Positions 27,742-37,300 of a DNA stretch of 64,000 nucleotides are shown here, in pieces; the first letter of the stretch is position 1; each line of letters starts with the position of its first letter. The translations under genes were made by a program, and so were the position numbers. Location: assembly GCA_011525625.1 (NCBI GenBank), contig WYAX01000022.1, positions 33,218-97,217 on the forward strand, read 5' to 3'. This stretch comes from Nitrospira defluvii. GTDB lineage: Bacteria; Nitrospirota; Nitrospiria; Nitrospirales; Nitrospiraceae. The notes under the pieces were generated by a model that was given only the letters and a program-made list of their open reading frames with translations, was not told where the DNA came from and made no database searches.

Positions 27742-29835
27742 CTAGGTCAGGGATGCACCGCATCGAGGATTGTCGTCCGCAAGCACCTGGCGAATGGCTT
27801 CGTACAATTCGTCGACCGCGGCTTCTTTGGATAAGAGTCTCGCCGCTCCGGCCCTGAGCATGGCCTCCTGGGCTTCGTCGCTGTTGTGCACGGAGAGTCC
27901 GATCACGGCAATGTGCGGGTGGCGTGACTTGATCTCGCTGGTCGCGTCGATTCCGTTGGTCTTAGGCATGTTGATGTCCATGATGACGACGGCCGGGTGC
28001 AGGCGGTCCACCGACTGAATCGCCTCACTGCCGTCCGCCGCCTCCCCGATGACCGCCACGTCGTCGTAGTTCTCCAACAAGCTGCGCAGACCTTCTCGAA
28101 CCATTTGATGGTCGTCGACGAGGAGGATTCCGATAGTGGACGATCCCGGCGAGTCGCCGGTCCGCGAGTCGAACGGGGAGACCGGAGCCGGAGGGGGATC
28201 GGGCTGTCCGAGAACCGGGCTTGGTGCCGCGAGAGCGGTCTCATTCTGGATGGTCCGGTAGGGAGTCGTGAGAACGGCCCTGGTTCCGCTTCCCACAGTC
28301 GAATCAATGTTCAACCGGCCTCCCATTGCGGCCATCCGTTCACGAATGCTGAAGAGTCCGAATTGGGGCGGTGCGGTGCCTCGATCCGGCGGAGGACTAG
28401 GCACGAATCCGCAGCCGTCGTCTTCCACCACGATTTGGAGCCGGTCATCGTCCGTCAGGGCGACGGTGATACGGGCCTCGTTCGCCCCGGCATGTTTCAC
28501 CACGTTGAACAGCAGCTCTCGGACGGACTGAAACAGGAGGACCGCCTGATCTTCGGGAAGCCCCGGCTCCTCGGTGTCTTCCTCCAGGGTCACGGTCAGC
28601 CCGTGACGGTGCATTTGGTTCGCCAGCCAGCTCAAGGCATCCAACAGCCCGAACTCCTTCAGGTTCGGCGGCGTCAGCTCGGCGACCAGCGAACGGGTAT
28701 AGTCGAGCGACTGCGTCAGGACCTGGTCCGCTTCTTGGAGCAACAGGCCGATGCGGTCTTCGCTTACAAGCAGGAGTGTCTGGCGCAACTTCATCCTCAG
28801 GACGACCAGTAATTGGGCCAGGTAGTCATGCAGTTCCAAGGCCAGCCGTTTGCGCTCGCGTTGTTCGGTCAGTGTGAGTTCCGTGGCGAGTGCGCGCAGT
28901 TGATCCTGCGACTGTTGCAACTCCGCCGTCTTGGTATCGACCGCACGTTCCAAATCGATACTCCACCGTTGCAGGCGATCCTCCGCGTCCTTGATGTCGG
29001 TCACGTCGTGACTCGCGCCGATGTATCCTTGTAACGCGCCCGTCGCAAAGAAGGTCGGCATACCGATACTATGGAGCCAACGATAGGCCCCGTCACGGCG
29101 CCGGCACCGGAAGAAGGTTTCCACGCGCGTGCGCGCCTCGACTGCCACGCGGTACGCCTCAGCGGCCTGCGCCCGGTCGTCCGGGTGGATCCGCTCGGCC
29201 CAGCAGGATACGTCGATCCGCTCGGCGCGTGGGGTCCCGAAAAACTCAAGACAGGCCTGGTTGACAAATTCACATCCGTCCGGGCCGATCATCCAGATGA
29301 TCACCGGGGCGCTGTCGGCCAGGCTTCTAAAACGGGATTCACTCTCGCGCAGGCGACGGTTGGCCTCGTCACGTTCGCGCAGCAGTCCGGCTTTTTCTTC
29401 GGCGAGGGTCAGAAACTTGTCCCTCTGGCGGGCCAGTTCCTCACGCTGTCGATAGAGATCCAGAAAGATCGCCGCTTTACTGCGCAACACATTCGGTTCG
29501 ATCGGTTTGTAGAGAAAGTCGACGGCGCCGGCTTGGTAGCCGCGGAAGCGATGCAGGTTGTCCTGCGGACCGGCGGTCAGGAAGATGATGGGCACATGTT
29601 GGGTGCGCCGGGACCCGCGCATCAGCTCCGCCAGCTCGAACCCGTCCATGATCGGCATTTGCACATCGATGATGGCGAGGGCGATGTCATGCCGTAACAG
29701 CAACTCCAAGGCCTCACGTCCCGATCTCGCTCGCAGCATCTCGACGCCGTCGGAGGACAGCACGGCGCTCAGTGCGACCAAGTTGGCGTCATGATCGTCG
29801 ACAAGCAGGAATTTCGCCTGATTCATGGCCGGCAT
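27742..29835 (-). CDS. Hybrid histidine kinase HK3 (REC, PAS, HisKA_3, HATPase, REC)
   Basis: N-terminal FLLVDD..IDVQMP..FLYKP REC; EQRERKRLALELHDYLAQ; C-terminal REC. Start at 29835 or 29826 (ATGA overlap with cheB stop); the 30243 start in the track is overextended. Confidence 0.88.
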   Translation of the reverse strand: MPAMNQAKFLLVDDHDANLVALSAVLSSDGVEMLRARSGREALELLLRHDIALAIIDVQMPIMDGFELAELMRGSRRTQHVPIIFLTAGPQDNLHRFRGYQAGAVDFLYKPIEPNVLRSKAAIFLDLYRQREELARQRDKFLTLAEEKAGLLRERDEANRRLRESESRFRSLADSAPVIIWMIGPDGCEFVNQACLEFFGTPRAERIDVSCWAERIHPDDRAQAAEAYRVAVEARTRVETFFRCRRRDGAYRWLHSIGMPTFFATGALQGYIGASHDVTDIKDAEDRLQRWSIDLERAVDTKTAELQQSQDQLRALATELTLTEQRERKRLALELHDYLAQLLVVLRMKLRQTLLLVSEDRIGLLLQEADQVLTQSLDYTRSLVAELTPPNLKEFGLLDALSWLANQMHRHGLTVTLEEDTEEPGLPEDQAVLLFQSVRELLFNVVKHAGANEARITVALTDDDRLQIVVEDDGCGFVPSPPPDRGTAPPQFGLFSIRERMAAMGGRLNIDSTVGSGTRAVLTTPYRTIQNETALAAPSPVLGQPDPPPAPVSPFDSRTGDSPGSSTIGILLVDDHQMVREGLRSLLENYDDVAVIGEAADGSEAIQSVDRLHPAVVIMDINMPKTNGIDATSEIKSRHPHIAVIGLSVHNSDEAQEAMLRAGAARLLSKEAAVDELYEAIRQVLADDNPRCGASLT

Positions 29836-30425
29836 AAGAGTCCTCGCCCTCGTGACAAGAAGAGATCGGTGAGGTCGGCGAGCGACATCGGCTCTGCGGT
29901 CGGACAGGCGGCCAGTGCCGCGTCCGGCATCATCCGCGCCGTCGCCGAGTGTGGATGTTGCACCAGCACCGTGCCTCCGGCCCGACCGACCGCGCGGGCT
30001 CCCTGGGCGCCGTCGTGGTTCGCTCCGGTTAAGATCACCGCCAAGAGGCTGTCCCGGTAGACGTCCGCGGCGGATTCGAGCAGGACGTCGATCGAAGGTC
30101 TGGAGTAGTTGACCGGCTCTTCGTTCGACAGCGAGAGTCGGCGGTCGTCTTCCACGAGCAGGTGGTAATCCGGCGGAGCGAAGTAGACCGTGCCGGAGTG
30201 AGCGGGCTCCTTGTCCTCCGCCTCTTTCACTCGGACGCGGCACTTGGCCTGTAAGAGACTCGCGATCGAGTGGGGCTGGTCCGCAGGCACGTGCACCGCC
30301 ACCAGGATAGCCAGCGGAAAGTCCTGGGGGAGCGGCGGAAGCAGCTGGGAGAGCGCGGCAATGGCTCCCGTCGAGGCGCCGATGACAACGGCTTCGATGT
30401 GGCGAATGGAGGTCACCGTGCGCAT
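29823..30425 (-). CDS. cheB: Stand-alone CheB-type methylesterase (no REC)
   Basis: Catalytic motifs GASTG (Ser), VHV (His), GANHDG (Asp); SRPSIDVL. Confidence 0.9.
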   Translation of the reverse strand: MRTVTSIRHIEAVVIGASTGAIAALSQLLPPLPQDFPLAILVAVHVPADQPHSIASLLQAKCRVRVKEAEDKEPAHSGTVYFAPPDYHLLVEDDRRLSLSNEEPVNYSRPSIDVLLESAADVYRDSLLAVILTGANHDGAQGARAVGRAGGTVLVQHPHSATARMMPDAALAACPTAEPMSLADLTDLFLSRGRGLLCRP

Positions 30426-31270
30426 GGGTCTTCTGTCTCTCCCCGCTTTTGATAGATCCGCTCCTGGGGCAGAATCTCGGTAAAGGCCTTGGCGTGGGCG
30501 TTAAAACGCAACGTTTCTCTCGCTCCCATCCCCAGGAATCCTTTTCGGACGAGCGCGTCTCTGAACAGTCCCACCGCGGTGTCTTGCAGCGGGCGATCGA
30601 AATAAATCAGCACGTTGCGGCAGGAGATCAGGTGCATTTCGCCGAAGACGGAGTCGGAGGCAAGGCTATGGTCTGAAAATACCGTGCGCCGGCGTAAGGT
30701 CTGATCGAAGCGAGCGGCCCCGTAGGCGGCGTGGTAGTAGTCCGACAACGAACCGCTGCCGCCGGAGAGGCGGTGGTTCTTCGTAAACAACGCCACGCGT
30801 TCCAGGGCATAGACTCCGGCCTCCGCCCTCGCGAGGGCATTGCCGTTGACATCGGTGGCATAGAACATCGTCTTCTCCTCCAGGCCCTCTTCCCGAAACA
30901 GGATCGCCAGGGAGTAGAGCTCTTCCCCGGAACTGCAGCCCGCGACCCAGACTTTCAGCGAGGGATAGGTCTTCAAGTGCGGGATGATGTGTTGGCGGAG
31001 CGCGCGAAAGTAGGCCGGGTCACGAAACATGTCGCTGACTTGTACGGTCATATAGTCGAGCAGTTGGGGCAAGATCCGGTCGTCGTGCAGCAATCGTTCC
31101 TGCAAGGCCGAGAGCGTCGAGCAGCCCAGGCGCTGGCAGGCCAGGGCCAGCCGGCGCTTGAGGGAAGCTCGTGAATAACCACGGAAGTCGTAGTGGTATT
31201 GCGAGTACATCGCCTCAAGAAAGAGACGCAGCTCGATGTCTCCCGTCCTCGCCGCGGCCTCCTGCGTCAT
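30413..31270 (-). CDS. cheR: CheR-type methyltransferase
   Basis: YDFRGYSRASLKRR, VSDMFRDP, KVWVAGCSSGEELYS, YATD, LISCRNVLIYF; ATG overlaps the upstream kinase stop. Confidence 0.92.
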   Translation of the reverse strand: MTQEAAARTGDIELRLFLEAMYSQYHYDFRGYSRASLKRRLALACQRLGCSTLSALQERLLHDDRILPQLLDYMTVQVSDMFRDPAYFRALRQHIIPHLKTYPSLKVWVAGCSSGEELYSLAILFREEGLEEKTMFYATDVNGNALARAEAGVYALERVALFTKNHRLSGGSGSLSDYYHAAYGAARFDQTLRRRTVFSDHSLASDSVFGEMHLISCRNVLIYFDRPLQDTAVGLFRDALVRKGFLGMGARETLRFNAHAKAFTEILPQERIYQKRGETEDPCAR

Positions 31271-34200
31271 CGTGGCATCCATACACGGATCAGCGAGAGC
31301 AATTGATCCACATCCAGCGGTTTCGCCATGTAGTCGTTGGCCCCCGCCGCCAAGGCCTGCTCCTGATCGTTCTTCATGGCTTTGGCCGTCAGGGCGATGA
31401 TGGGCAGGTTCTTCCGGTCGGGCCGTTCGCGAATAGCCCGCATGGCGGTCAGGCCGTCCATTTCCGGCATCATGATATCCATCAACACCATGTCGATGCC
31501 CTGGTCTCCGGTCGGTCTGGTGCGATCCAGCAGGGCCAGACATTCGCGCCCGTTTCGCGCGATCTCCAACTTGACGCCATGAGGTTCCAGGACTGCACTC
31601 AAGGCAAAAATATTGCGGACATCGTCTTCCACGATGAGAATGCGTCGTCCGTCGAGGGCGGCATTGCGGCTCCGTGCCTTTTCCAGCATGCGCTGTTGTT
31701 CGGGCGGCAACGTCGTGACGACCTGATGCAGGAACAGCGTCACTTCGTCAAGCAGCCGTTCGGGCGACTTGGCGCCCTTGATGATGATGGAATGGGAGTA
31801 TTTGCGCAGACGTTGTTCTTCGTCGCCGGACAGATCCCGTCCGGTATAAACGATGACGGGCGGAAAGGCGAGGTGTTCTTCGCGACTCAGGCTTGCCAGC
31901 AACGAAAATCCTGACGCATCCGGCAGGGTGAGGTCCAACACCATGCAGTCGAAGGTTCGCTGGGTCAGATGTGTGAGGCATTCGGCGGCGCTTTCCGCCC
32001 CGACGGTTTCGACGTCGTTGGAACCGAGCAACAGGCAGAGGCTCTCGCGTTGAGCCGGGTCGTCTTCCACGATGAGGACCCGTCGGGGCCGTTCCGTCAG
32101 CCGAGTTTCGAATCGGCGGAAGGCCTCGACCAGTTGCTCACGTTTGACCGGTTTCAGCATGTAGCCGACCGCGCCGAGCGACAGTGCCGTCTTCACGTGG
32201 TCGTGGCCGGAAATCACGTGCACCGGAATGTGGCGCGTGCGCACATCCGATTTCAGGCGGTCGATCACGGAGAGACCGGAATGGTCCGGCAATCCGATAT
32301 CGAGAATGACGGCACTCGGGAGGTAGCGGGACGCGAGGAGCACCGCATCGGCCGCCGTGGCACTGGTGATGACCTGAAAGTTGAGTTCATGGGCGAGGTC
32401 GGAAAGAATGCGCGAAAAAGATTCATCGTCTTCGACGATCATGAGCAGCCGTCGGTCGGCCGAAAGCCACTCTCGGTCGTCAGCCGGTGTCGGCACGGCT
32501 CGGCCGTTCCGCTGGTCCCTTGCCGGCGGGTCCTCGAGACCGTACGACAATGCAGCGGGAACCGGTGTGTGCCCCGGTGAAGCGGGGAAGGAGACAGGAG
32601 CGGCCGGGCCGGCTGTCGTTCGTGGGAGCAGCACAGTGAATGTACTGCCCTGTCCGGGGATGCTGGTCAGGTGAATGTGGCCGCCGAGCAGGCGCACGAA
32701 TTCGCGGGAGATGGAGAGCCCGAGTCCCGTCCCCCCGTACTTGCGGCTGGTCGTTCCGTCGGCTTGACAAAACGGTTCGAAAATCAAGCCTTGCTGGTCG
32801 GTCGGAATGCCGATGCCGGTGTCTTGTACGGCGAAGGCAAGCCAGCCGTCCGGCAGCGGGCTGATGTCGAGGGACACCGAGCCCGTTTCCGTAAATTTGA
32901 TCGCGTTGGACAGGAGGTTTCTCAGCACCTGTTCCAGGCGCTGCCGGTCGGATTCAATGGACTCCGGTGCCCCCGGCGCCTGTGTGACACGCAGCCGCAG
33001 GCCTTTCCGATCCGCCAGGGGCGCGAACAGGGCATGGAGGCTGTCCTGCAGGCGTTGGAGCGAAATCTCTTCCGGCGTCAGCTCGATGCGCCCGGCTTCG
33101 ACCTTGGCGAGGTCGAGCACGTCGTCGATGAGGGTCAACAGATCGTGGCCGGCGGATTCGATCGTGGTGACCGATTTGATCTGGTCCGGCGTGAGGTTCC
33201 CCTGCGGATTATCCGCAAGCAGTTTGGACAGAATCAGCGTGGAATTGAGCGGTGTACGCATCTCGTGCGACATGTTGGCCAGGAATTCGGACTTATAGCG
33301 GCTGACCTGCTCCAAGCGGCGCTTGTGAGCTTCCAAGGTCTGAGTGGCCTCCGTGAGGTCCTCCTTCTGCGTCTCGAGGATCTGCGCCTGTTCCTCCAGC
33401 TGGCTGTTCGTCTGTTCCAGTTCAACCTGCTGTTGTTCGAGCCGGCCGTGCGATTCCTTGAGCGCCCGGCTCTGTTCTTCGAGTTCTTCATTCGCAACCC
33501 GCAGTTCCTCGCTCTGCACCTGTAATTCCTCGGCTTGACGTTGGGTCTCCTCAAGCAAGTCCTGCAGCTGGGAGCGATAACGGGCCGACCGGACGGAGAG
33601 GGCGATGGCTTGGCTCAGACGGCTGATCAGCTCCCGATCCGACTCCTGGAACGGGTGAAAACACGCGAGTTCCAGCAAGGTATTGATGCGACCGTCGACG
33701 CCGATCGGCGCGATCAGCAGATGCCGCGGCGCATGTTGTCCCAGGGCGGAACCGATGGTGAAGTAGCCGTCCGGCAGATCCTCGACCACCATAGGCTGTT
33801 GTTCTTGAAGCGCGCGACCCATCAATCCGTCACCGGGCCGGAGACGATCCGGGATGGGACTAGCGTCCGGGACTCCATAGGTCGCGGTGCGATGGAACTG
33901 GCCGGCCTCTTCGATAAAGATGGCCCCGCCCTGCGCACCCAGGTACGCGGCGAGCCCGTGCAACACATTTTCCCCGAGAGTCTCCAGGGTCTGATCGCCC
34001 ATCATGCGCTCGCTCAGTACCGTCTGGCCGACCCGTATCCATTCTTCTCTCCGCAGGGCCAGGCGACTGCTGACGAACTGATGTCCGAGGGCGGCCAGGG
34101 CGATGGCTGTCACGGCCCCCATCCCTCGATTCATCAATGCGACGGACGGGTCGATGCCGGTAGGGCTGATGAGGAAACCGGCGAACATTATCAGTGTCAC

Positions 34201-34386
34201 GACCCCGCCGATGATGACCGGCACGGCGGGATTCCACGTGAGATACGACAACACCAGAGGAATCAAATACAGCACCCACACGGTGATGCCGAGTGCGGTA
34301 TACCATTCAGAGAGAAACACCAGCGCCAGGGCGAGGGCGAGTCCGCCGGCGATCAGGGGGGTCGGCCGTTGTTGAAATCGCCTCAT
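31267..34386 (-). CDS. Membrane hybrid histidine kinase (TM, GAF, coiled coil, HisKA, HATPase, 3 REC)
   Basis: FLANMSHEMRTPLN H-box; NLLSNAIKFT; DTGIGI; GGTGLGL; three receivers (LDIGLP, LDLTLP, MDIMMP). Confidence 0.92.
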   Translation of the reverse strand: MRRFQQRPTPLIAGGLALALALVFLSEWYTALGITVWVLYLIPLVLSYLTWNPAVPVIIGGVVTLIMFAGFLISPTGIDPSVALMNRGMGAVTAIALAALGHQFVSSRLALRREEWIRVGQTVLSERMMGDQTLETLGENVLHGLAAYLGAQGGAIFIEEAGQFHRTATYGVPDASPIPDRLRPGDGLMGRALQEQQPMVVEDLPDGYFTIGSALGQHAPRHLLIAPIGVDGRINTLLELACFHPFQESDRELISRLSQAIALSVRSARYRSQLQDLLEETQRQAEELQVQSEELRVANEELEEQSRALKESHGRLEQQQVELEQTNSQLEEQAQILETQKEDLTEATQTLEAHKRRLEQVSRYKSEFLANMSHEMRTPLNSTLILSKLLADNPQGNLTPDQIKSVTTIESAGHDLLTLIDDVLDLAKVEAGRIELTPEEISLQRLQDSLHALFAPLADRKGLRLRVTQAPGAPESIESDRQRLEQVLRNLLSNAIKFTETGSVSLDISPLPDGWLAFAVQDTGIGIPTDQQGLIFEPFCQADGTTSRKYGGTGLGLSISREFVRLLGGHIHLTSIPGQGSTFTVLLPRTTAGPAAPVSFPASPGHTPVPAALSYGLEDPPARDQRNGRAVPTPADDREWLSADRRLLMIVEDDESFSRILSDLAHELNFQVITSATAADAVLLASRYLPSAVILDIGLPDHSGLSVIDRLKSDVRTRHIPVHVISGHDHVKTALSLGAVGYMLKPVKREQLVEAFRRFETRLTERPRRVLIVEDDPAQRESLCLLLGSNDVETVGAESAAECLTHLTQRTFDCMVLDLTLPDASGFSLLASLSREEHLAFPPVIVYTGRDLSGDEEQRLRKYSHSIIIKGAKSPERLLDEVTLFLHQVVTTLPPEQQRMLEKARSRNAALDGRRILIVEDDVRNIFALSAVLEPHGVKLEIARNGRECLALLDRTRPTGDQGIDMVLMDIMMPEMDGLTAMRAIRERPDRKNLPIIALTAKAMKNDQEQALAAGANDYMAKPLDVDQLLSLIRVWMPR

Positions 34387-37300
34387 GGGGTACTCAGCAG
34401 GGCGTTCCGGGCGGTGAGGATGGTATGGTAGAGATCTTCGACGGCGGCCTCCTTGTTTAGGAAGGCGATGGCGCCGGCCTCGCGCATGGCCATGCCCACG
34501 TGGCCGGCATTTTGAACGGACAAGCCGATTACGATCGTGCTGGGCATGGCCTCCTTGATCAGTCTGGTAGCCTCGATGCCGTCCAGCCCCGGCATGTTGA
34601 CGTCCATGAGGACGACATCGGGCTGTAACTGGGTGGTGAGGGCCACCGCTTCCTGCCCGTTGGCCGCTTCACCCAGGACCTCGATGTCTGCATACCCGGC
34701 CAGCAGCCCGCACAGCCCCTGCCGGACCATCGCATGGTCGTCGGCGATCAGGACCCTGATGACCGGGGTAGGCCGGTGGGGGCGGCCGTCGAGATACGTG
34801 GATGAGCCCGGATACTTCTTGCTGGTCCGGGAGGAACTCGTAACCGGTTCATGGGGAGGCAACAGCGACCCGGTCGGTTGAAGCCGGGTTGCAAGGGGCA
34901 TGACGAGCGTCGCGACCGTGCCCTGACCAGGCCGTGAGCAGAGATCGAACCGTCCCCCGAGCGCAAGCATCCGCTCACGGATACTCAACAGCCCGAATCC
35001 TGGCACTGTCCCCTGCCGGGGCAGGGCGGTCTTCTCCGCGGGCAAAAAGCCGGCACCATGGTCCGTCACCGTGATCCGCAAATGACCGTCGTCGACCAGG
35101 ACCGCAATGGCCGCGTCCTTCGTGCCCGCATGTTTCACTACATTCATCAGCAGCTCGCGGATGGATTGGAACAGCAGCATGGCTTGATCTTCCGGGAGGG
35201 CCAGTTCGGCCGGGCAGAAGTCCAGGGAGACGTGTAGCTCTCGTTGGAGCATTTGCTCGGCCAACCATCGCAAGGCCATCGGCAGACCGAATTCCTTGAG
35301 AATCGGCGGACTGAGTTGGGCGACCAGGGTTCTGGTGTAGGTCAACGCCTGATCCGTGACCTCCTGCAACTCATGCAAGGTCCGGCTCAGCGGGGGCGTC
35401 ATCGGGTGTTGCATGGCCTGCGCCAGGCGAATCCGGCTGAGGGCGAGGAGTTGGGCCAGGTAATCATGCAGCTCGGTCGCCACCTGTTGGCGCTCGCGTT
35501 GTCCCGCAAGATTCAATTCGGTGGCCAGGGCCCGTAACTGTTCCCGCGACTGTGTCAGTTCGAGCGTACGTTCGTCCACGCGATGTTCCAATTGAGCGGC
35601 AAATCGCTGCAAGTCCTGCTCGGCTTGTTTGCGTTCGGTGATGTCGTAGTTGATGCCGATCATGCGGACCGGCCGGCCCTGATCATCCGTGACGGTCGCA
35701 CCCTGTCCCGACAGCCAGCGGACGGTGCCGTCCTGGTGCACGACGCGAAATTCCGACGTGAACAAGCCCGTGTCCATCGCTCGCGCGGCCGCGTCCTGTA
35801 CCTGAGCGGCATCGTCAGGGTGCAGCGCCGCGTAGAACTCCTCCGCTCGACGGACCGGCCGATCCGTCGGCCGTCCGAAGAGTTCGTACTGTTTTGCGTC
35901 CCAGGTGGTCTCTCCCGTATGGAGATTGAGATCCCAGGCCCCCATGCGTCCCGCCACCATGGCCAGTCGCAGCCGTTCCTCGCTGGCGCGCAGCACCTCA
36001 TCGGCCTGAGCCCGAGCGACGGCGAGTGCCAATGTCGTGGCCAAGGCCTGCGACCATTCGATCTCCTCGTCGGTCATGCGGCGCGGCCGGTCGAAGTACA
36101 GCATGAACTTGCCCAGCAATCGGCCGCCGTAGGTGAGGGGAATGAAGGCGAGGGCCCGGATGCCTTCTCGTTGGATCGTGGCCTGCAATTCGGGACTCAA
36201 CGCAGAGACGGCGACCTGGTCTATGAACAGCGGCGGAGGGTCTTTTTGATCGGCGGTCCATGGGGAGTGCCCCTCGACCGCGCGCTGATAGTCCGCAGAC
36301 AGACCCCGGGAAGCCCTGAATCGCATCACACCTTCGTCATCGATGAGGAGAATTGCCGCCCGATCTGCGTGGACCGCATCCGCCATGGCGTGTAAAGCCT
36401 GTTCATAGAGACGCGACGACGGTTCCGCGCGATTCACGGCATCGGCCAGCTCGTAGAGCCATTGTTGCCGTCGATTGACGATCAGCAGCTGGGCCTCCTG
36501 CCGTTTGCGGTCGCTGATGTCGAGTCCGACGCCCACGATGGAGTGTAGGTCCGTACCCTCCCTGACGCCGCCGACACTGACACTCATCCATACGGCCGTC
36601 CCGTCTTTCCGCCGGTAGCGTTTCTCGATCACGAAATCGGGGCCGCCCTGGGCGAGCTGTTGGAACAGATCGAGATTGCGCGGAAGGTCCTCGGGATCCG
36701 TCACGTCTTGCATGCGCATGCCGAGCAATTCGGACTCCGTATAACCCAGCAGGTCGCACAACCGTCGGTTCACGAGTTGGAACCGGCCGGTCAGATCGGT
36801 TTGTGCGACCGTGACCGTGGCGTGGTTGACGATCGCCCGCAATTGCGCCTCGCTGGCAGCGATGTGTCCGGCCGCCTCACGACGAAGTCGGCCCAGATTC
36901 AAATGGGCCGACACCCGCGCCAGCAACTCTCGCCCGCTGAAGGGTTTCACCAGGTAGTCGTCGGCGCCCTGCTCGAGGCCCTCGATGCGTGGCTCCTCGC
37001 CGGCGCGCGCGGAGAGCAGAATAATGGGAATGGTTCGCAGGGCCGGATCAGCCCGCAGGATCCTGGCCAGGCCGATGCCGTCCAGTTGCGGCATCATGAT
37101 GTCGCTCAGGAGCACATCCGGGGGGCGGCGACGAATCTCGGCCAACGCGGCAAGTCCGTCTCCGACCGCGTTGACCTCGTAGTGCTCGCGCAGCAGGCGC
37201 ACAATGTAGCGACGCATGTCGGCATTGTCGTCGGCCACGAGGATTCGGGCTCGTCCGATTGCAGGCCGATCCGGCGAGGGCGCCTCTTCCCGCGAGACAT